A stretch of 64,000 bases of DNA from assembly GCF_009914755.1 (NCBI RefSeq), contig NC_060926.1; one strand, written 5' to 3'. Position 1 is the first letter of the stretch; each line of letters starts with the position of its first letter. Source of the DNA: the human T2T-CHM13v2.0 reference genome, Homo sapiens. The notes beneath the pieces were generated by a model that had not been told where the DNA came from, made no database searches, and worked only from the letters and a program-made list of their open reading frames with translations. Below are positions 21,127 through 64,000 of this stretch, one piece after another. The position numbers and the translations under genes are program-made.

Positions 21127-21786
21127 GAGGCCCTTGAATGTAGTAGGTGATTGATAAATATACCGAACAAATGAGGTCCCACTTAGGTCTACAATTTTGT
21201 CAGATTGGTAGGGTAAGGTAGTTAACCAAGGAACAGTGCCCTTGGGTCCCAGGAGGAGGGACTAAGGAGAAGAGGGCAGACCTCGGGGCAGAGTCAACCT
21301 GGCATGTTCGGGGACTGTCCTCACTTCTAATGGAAGGATGCACAGTTCTTGGAGGACTTACAGAGTGCAGTTCTGGGCATTACTTACTTTACAATCCCAA
21401 TGTTTGCAGATATGACCAATGTGGTATTTTTTATGTAAAGCCCTGGACCAAGGGCAGCAGTGAGGGGCATCCTGCTCTCAACTCTCCTACAGACACTGGC
21501 TTGGCCAGAAAATGGGTTCAGAGATCAGGCCCTAAGAATCCAGAGATGATCCCATTCCCTCAACAGTTCTTGGTGACAATCACCAGTCTCTCCTTCTTGT
21601 AGGGCTTGAGATATAAATCGTCCACTTCTAGTTTTTACAGACATTCTCAGTTTCTATTGCCTCCATTGGTAAGACCTTGTCCTAGAAGCAGCTCTACCAG
21701 GACACCTGAACCAGGAAACAAATAAGGCTTGAATTTGGGAGTCTGGCATGATAGATTCGATTACATTCCCCAAAAACAATCTATGA

Positions 21787-22116
<330 letters not shown>

Positions 22117-23225
22117 TAATTCACAGGACAAAACAAAATAGGCCTGAGTCCAAGGGCCCCTCGTAAAATGTTTCCATGTCCTCTTACATAGACTCACTTC
22201 CACCCTACCTAATTCAGCAAATTAAACCCTGGGGATCATTCTCCCCAGTTCTCCCTGGAGTACCACTCAGGCATGTCTGAAATATGGTAGATTCAGTGGA
22301 CACACCTTTGGCCTGTCAAAGTACCTTCCCAGACTGAGAATAGATCATGACCAGACACCTGAAGTCCATACTGGAAGGAATGTTTATGTTCAAGACCAGA
22401 GCCTTGTGGAATGGAAAAAAAAATCCAGGGCAACAGGTTTAAGACCCATTAGGAGACAATATTGTCGTCATGAATATAAATGAGGCCTAGGCAGGTTGGG
22501 AGTAGCTAGTGTCTTGGCTCTGGCACAACCAGGCCCTGTTCCTCCACAGGGCTGGCCAGGGCAGAGGTGAAAGGGGCTGGGGTGTGACCGAGTGAGCTGG
22601 GGTAGAGGTAGAAAAAGGGACACAGAACATCCCAGGCCTAAGCTACATGGAGTATGAGAGAACAGCTGGAATGTGCTCTAGAAGCCCTGGGAGAAGGCCT
22701 CAGTTGAGGCTGAATTCAGATATGCCTGGGACCCGGTCTCTGTTAAGAGACCCCGGAGAGCTGGTGCAGAGCTGATGTGGGCAGCTGAACAGGGCCAGGC
22801 AGGGGCAGAGGCCAGGTGTGGGAGGGTGTGAGCACAGTGTTCTTCACAAGACCATAAAAGTCCAGCTAGAATGTTCCGTTTCTAAAATCAGATGGGAACA
22901 TTCTTCCTCCAGTTCCAAAAGTAAAAATCTGAGAGCAAAAGGTTCTGGCAAAGGGAAAGTGGGGCCGGAGAAGGGACAGACTAAGTAAGCCCCAGGGGAT
23001 GAGAAGCCCTAGGAGAGGGTGTGCATCTTCTACCATGGTGAGCACAACACTGTCCCCTGCAGACACAGGGACAGCAGGGACTTGAAGCCACAGCCCCCCT
23101 CCTCAGCACAGGAAGGTGACCTGTACATAGGATAGGACTCCTTATCCTCACCAGAGGATGCAGTAGGGTGGACAAGAGCAGGTGAAGACAGTACAGGAGC
23201 CCAAATTCTAGGTCCAATGGTAGTT

Positions 23226-23231
23226 TTTATT
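23226..23231 (-). terminator. SLC5A6: SLC5A6 polyadenylation signal AATAAA
   Basis: TTTATT on + at 23226-23231, about 0.83 kb after the stop codon. Confidence 0.75.
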
Positions 23232-24054
23232 CCCCAGGAACAAAGATAATGTGGAGAAGAAACTCCAAAAGGAAACAGAGCACGGATGACAGAAATGACA
23301 CCACGGCAGCCTGGCTCAGGAGTCAGGTAGATAGATGGCTGCTCCACAGTGGACCTGGTCATGGCCCTGGTTTCTTGGATCCACATTTGCCCCGTCTCTT
23401 AAGTGTCCATCTCAGAGGTGGAGGATGGAGACAGTGAGGTGGAAAACGTGCTTGCTCTACACAAAGACAAATGGATCTTCTATTCCCAGAGGACCAGGGA
23501 CACCAAAACCTCCCTCTTCAGAATGGAGGTAGACAGATAAAAATGAGAGGGGCTTGAGTGTCACAGACAATCTGAAAGTAATAATAGGGGCTCACTGTGG
23601 CTGGCAGAACTGGTACTGAAATGGGGACTACAGGGGAAGCAGCTTCCAGTTTTATGGTGGAGAGTCAGTCCTGAATCAGGCCCTGGGGCAATTATAACCA
23701 GAGTGCTGTTTCTAGCCACTTACTTCAAAGGACTATGGCTATGTTGAATCAGAAGCCATTATCTTTTTCCCAGAGGATGCACTTCCATCCCTATTTCTGG
23801 CATGATCCTGCTCCCTACGAGCCTGATCCTTTAAAAAACAGATTGGCAAGCGACGAGAAAAACGGTGCCTCACATGCTTGAGATGTGACAGCTTCTCCTG
23901 CAGGCAAGAACCTCTCAGAACAAGGTCCTTTGGTATGAGCTAGATCATCCAGGCCTGTCCCTGCAGAACACACCAAGACTCATCCCTGTACTACAGGGTG
24001 GCCTCTGGCTATGGCCTGGCACAGTGAGGACAGAGGCGGGGTCCTGAGTCAACA

Positions 24055-31442
<7,388 letters not shown>

Positions 31443-34061
31443 CTATCTGGCCTTGGTAGCCATTCACCCTTGGGCCTTGTACATCGCATGCCATCAGAAG
31501 TGGACCAGCCAGCATAGTGGTAGCCCTTCAAGGTCTAGAGGCCCTGGTATGGGTTTGGTAGGGGACATAAGTGAGGGAGAAGCATCAGAGTGCGACAGCC
31601 AGGAGACAATATAACTTGGCCAGGACCTTTGAGTATGCACAGCTGTGAAATTCAACAACCTTCTTAGGTCTCCACCCGAGTACCAAAAGAAAAATAAACT
31701 CTAGCCTAAGTTTCTTAGCAGAATTTCCCAGCCCCACTTGAAGGCACAGACCCAGTCACTACAATACACTAAGCCAGCAGAGCCCAGCCTGGCGCCACAG
31801 CCCAGCAGGAAACACAGCATGGAGACTAATGGCAGCAGGGCTTCCCCTACTGCCCCTGGCCTCGGCCCTCGCCTCCTGTGATCCCCAGTGTCACCCTTCT
31901 AACTGATCATCAGTGAGACTGCCTCTGTGGCAGCCACAGACTCCATTTCAGGCGTCCCCAGGCCAACCCCTTTCTTAAGGTTCTCCCCAACACCACTAGA
32001 TAAGTGCTGCCACCCACCTCTCAGCCCCTCTACCTGCAACATCACAGTCAACAGCAGACGCAGGAAGAGCGGCTGGATTCAAAAGTGAGAGGGGAAAGGT
32101 GAGAGGGCACCATGCTGGAGTCAGGGTTTCAGAATGACGATTCTCCATTCTGGAGAGAAGCAACCCAGCCACGGAGCTGAGAGGCAAAGGGACCAGCCAA
32201 AGAGAGTGGTCGTATCCTGCTGGGGACAGACACCTACCTGGAGAAGCAATCCCTGTTCTGAGGCAGAGTTGCCTGGAGCTGCAGAGCTGAGGATCTGGCT
32301 CTATGAGTAGCTGAGGTGAGAGATCAGGAATTGGGGGTGGGGTGAAGCTCAGCAGTCATTTGTTCTGGCCCCTTCAGGGAACCAATGGCTGTGTTCCAAA
32401 TGGCCCTATCACCCTATGGCCCCCAAACTCCAACTCAGCCCTAGAGGCTCCAGAACAGGGAAGAGGGAGCTCATATTCAACAGCATTCCTAGATGGATTA
32501 GCCTTTCAGCCTAAAGTACTCTTGGCACTCTGTGCGGGAGGGAGTTGGAAAGAAGGAACTGAAAACATGGGAAAGTTGAAAGTTGATTTTCTAACTCCTG
32601 CACAAGAAATGTTAATCCCCCAAGAATACACCACAATCCTCAGAGAAAGAGGGAAGGGATCATAATATTTAAAATCTTAAATCTTTGGACACCACTATTA
32701 CAACCAACCCCCCACCACTGACGATTTCACAGATAAACACGCTAAGGCTCAGATGGTTCAAGTGACCTTTCCAAAAGCACAGAGCCGACTATTGTCAGAG
32801 CATAAATTAGAACCCAGGTCTAGGGATTCACCATCCACCCTGTCTGTTCTCCAAGCGTATCATATTGTCTTCAAAGGCAATCCTCTGGGGTACTTATTGG
32901 TATGAGGAAAAAACACCAGAGAATGCCATGTAGTTACACAGCCTAACATGACGACAGTTAACATTTGCTGAACACCTGCTATGTAACCCAGCAGTGTGTG
33001 AGGTGCTTTATAAACATTAGTAATAATACATAATGAAGCTAACATTTTCAAAACAGCATGTCTCAGATTAAGACACGAATACTCTCCAGTTAACACAAGA
33101 AAACTGAGAGATTAAATAACTTGCTCAAGGTTATGCAGCATGATACAAAACAAGAGAGAGAGAAACAGTGCTGTCTGCAGCTATGACAGGTGTTCAGCAA
33201 GGGCCCTGTCCTCACTATTCCCAGAACCAGGACAGGAGCAGAGTGTTGCAGTCAGGCATTCACAGGACATAGTTTAGATTTCAACTAATCAAGAGACAGA
33301 CTAACATAAACTATGTCTTCTGCTTTTGCCCACTAGGAGAAAGATTAGGCTGTCTTTCCGCTCTCCCACAGTGTGTTCTTGGGCAGACACTGGCTGGCTG
33401 GCAAGATATGGCCTCATGCAGACTAAACCTGAACTCTGAACCTCTTGGGGCCAATAAAGAGGGAAAATCAGACCTGGCAACTCTTGGATCACATGTTCTA
33501 CAAGATTCCCAACAGGCTTAAACTCTGGTTTAACCTAAACATGCCCTGGGCCTTTGCACATTGCAACACCCTGAGTTTTCTCATTCGTCTTTGGCAAGTT
33601 TTTACTGCTATGATAGAGATGATGGGAACTACTGGGGAGTAAGAGGAAAGAAGAGGTCTCCTGTGTGCAAAGAACACAGAACAAAGAACTAACTATAGGG
33701 TTAGTGGTTTAGAGAGGTAGGTGGCCAGAGACAGGAAGGAAAGTCCCAGTATGGGACACGGAGGTACAGAAATAAAGACACTCTGCTGATGGGACTTCCT
33801 GATAAAATTCTATTTGCGTGATGTATGGAGAATTCCCCTGGATGGCCTGAGAGAGCCCCAGGGAAGACAGGAAAAACCTGACCTAGCAACAGACCAGATT
33901 CTGAGAACAGATCTGTAGTTTTCTAAACACCCTACATTGATCCAAACGCTATGGTCTCGCATCTCTCCAGAAAGAGGGCGGCCAAAAGCAAGAGCTAGCT
34001 GTTGTTTCACTACAACTATAACATGCCAAGGCACAAACAGCAGATTGTGGGACCCCCCCCC

Positions 34062-34749
<688 letters not shown>

Positions 34750-35090
34750 CTAACTGTTCCAAAAAGATTCCCTCAAAATCTGTCCTGGGGCCTATAATTC
34801 CTCAAGGTGTGAAAGGCTTTGGGGGCCCTCCTTAAAATGCTAATAGCTACTAACACCTTAGAAAATTTGCCAGCCAGCTAAACGTAAACCTTTCAGGAAC
34901 TTCCAGGCAGACACCATGGGGGTAATGTGGAAGGGAAGCCTGGCTCGGCTACTCGAGATGATCACTTGGGTCGGCTTTAAGGAGCTTTCTGGCTGGCCCT
35001 AACCAACACTGTCGCGCCGGGAGCAGGGATCCCCTGGCGCCCTTCAGTCAGGGCGCTGGCCCACCCTGGGGCAGCAACGCACTCCCTTAC

Positions 35091-35157
35091 CTCCGTGGTT
35101 CAGTCAGAGCTAGGAAGGTCCCTTTGTGCTTCCTGAGATCAACATCGCTCCCTTTTC
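35091..35157 (-). other. SLC5A6: SLC5A6 non-coding 5'UTR exon (67 nt)
   Basis: cttcccag| acceptor and GAG|gtaagg donor; next acceptor tttgcag| opens the first coding exon at 31414. Confidence 0.8.
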
Positions 35158-35590
35158 CTGGGAAGGCAAAGAAAATGAGTTAGGGAAGCGTCTATCCCGC
35201 TCCTACCTCCTCGCCAGGCTCCGGGACGCTATGCGCTATCAGCATTGAGGTGAAGAGGACTAGGTGCCCGGGGCGATCCAGGCTCGTGTCCTCCCGCTGG
35301 AGTTTGAGGTTTGCCCTTCCCTCATCACCCTCACCCTCGTTCTTTCTCGGTTTCCCGCTTCCCTCTACGCGGCGGAGACCACCACCTTACCGCTCGCACT
35401 TAAGATCTCAGACCCACGCCGGAGGCCGGCTCGCTCCGCCCCTCCCCGCCCCCTTGTCCCCGCCCCGGCTCAGACGCCGCTCCCCGGTGCCTCTCGGCAC
35501 CGGCTCACGCTCTCCAGGCCCACCTGCCCGGTCTCCACACGTGGGTAGCCAGAGCCCGGCCGAGAGCCCTGGCCGGGAGCCCGCGGGGGC

Positions 35591-35631
35591 CCCGCCCCCT
35601 GCCCGCCCCCTGCCCGCCCCCTGCCCGCCCC
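35591..35631. repeat. 11-bp GC-box tandem repeat (CCCGCCCCCTG) x3.7
   Basis: direct read. Confidence 0.95.
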
Positions 35632-36003
35632 GCTCGCCGTGCCGCCATGTTTACTGAGGGCGGATGGAGGGGCCCGAGTTTCTGCGAAGCCGCGACCTCG
35701 GCGTCCGGACGCGGGGAACACCGGGCTGAGGGAGTCTGCAGTCGGCTCCGGGAAGCCGCGCGGCGACGGGGGAGGCCTTCACTAAAGGGGAAAAGGAAGA
35801 GGGGGTCGGCCAGTATCCCCGAAAGAGGGCTAGGGCGCATGAAGACCAGCGCAGAGCTCCACGAGCAGGAAAAGCCCCCAAGCAGCCCCAGGGCGACTGG
35901 ACCGGGCCGCTTAGGCCACGCCCGGGGAAGAGGGCCTGACGCGCTGCGGGGCGGGGCCGCGGGGCCGGGTCGCGCGAGCAGCGGAGCACCAAGGGAACGG
36001 AAA

Positions 36004-40587
<4,584 letters not shown>

Positions 40588-40775
40588 ACTACATAGGTCT
40601 TACCATTGACCTAAGATCAATCTGAACTATCTTAGCCCAGTCAGGGAGCTCTGCTTCCTAGAAAGGCATCTTTCGCCAGTGGATTCGCCTCAAGGTTGAG
40701 GCCGCCATTGGAAGATGAAAAATTGCACTCCCTTGGTGTAGACAAATACCAGTTCCCATTGGTGTTGTTGCCTAT

Positions 40776-40781
40776 AATAAA
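40776..40781 (+). terminator. ATRAID: ATRAID polyadenylation signal AATAAA with downstream T-rich tract
   Basis: AATAAA followed by T-rich 40785-40815. Confidence 0.85.
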
Positions 40782-40819
40782 CACTTTTTTCTTTTTTTTT
40801 CCTCTCTTTCTTTTTAAGG

Positions 40820-64000
<23,181 letters not shown>

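Noticed and set aside
32034-32238. Minus-strand donor-like sites CAG|gtagag and CAG|gtaggt in the SLC5A6 UTR intron
   Set aside because: Could not pair them confidently with acceptors; may be minor exons

Overview
Human genomic DNA, recognisable from its proteins as the SLC5A6-ATRAID-CAD locus (2p23.3). The right two-thirds holds SLC5A6 (SMVT, minus strand, 15 coding exons, 635 aa), ATRAID (plus, 7 exons, 229 aa, head-to-head with SLC5A6) and CAD exons 1-35 (plus, starting about 0.4 kb after the ATRAID poly(A) signal and continuing past the window). I placed every coding exon by hand from GT-AG boundaries, and the reading frames close. The left 23 kb is intergenic and dense in Alu, L1, MaLR/ERVL LTR and hAT elements. 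The most interesting signal is in the unique islands between those repeats. Read on the minus strand they give, in collinear order, a SWIM-like CCP..CKH segment (21.4 kb), a CxxC..P..MDG segment with a frame-preserving 71-nt intron (15.3 kb), a KDZ-like C-terminal core (9.5 kb) and a weak ULP1-like GNH segment (7.9 kb). This resembles a decayed, intron-containing Zisupton/KDZ (HMGXB3-like) gene. The call rests on degenerate translations judged by eye and needs frameshift-aware HMM confirmation. Also noted: a hAT transposase fossil, a solo HERV-H LTR7 in ATRAID intron 5, a twin-primed L1, and candidate non-AUG, uORF and read-through features. Repeat subfamily names are from recalled consensus sequences, and repeat boundaries are approximate.
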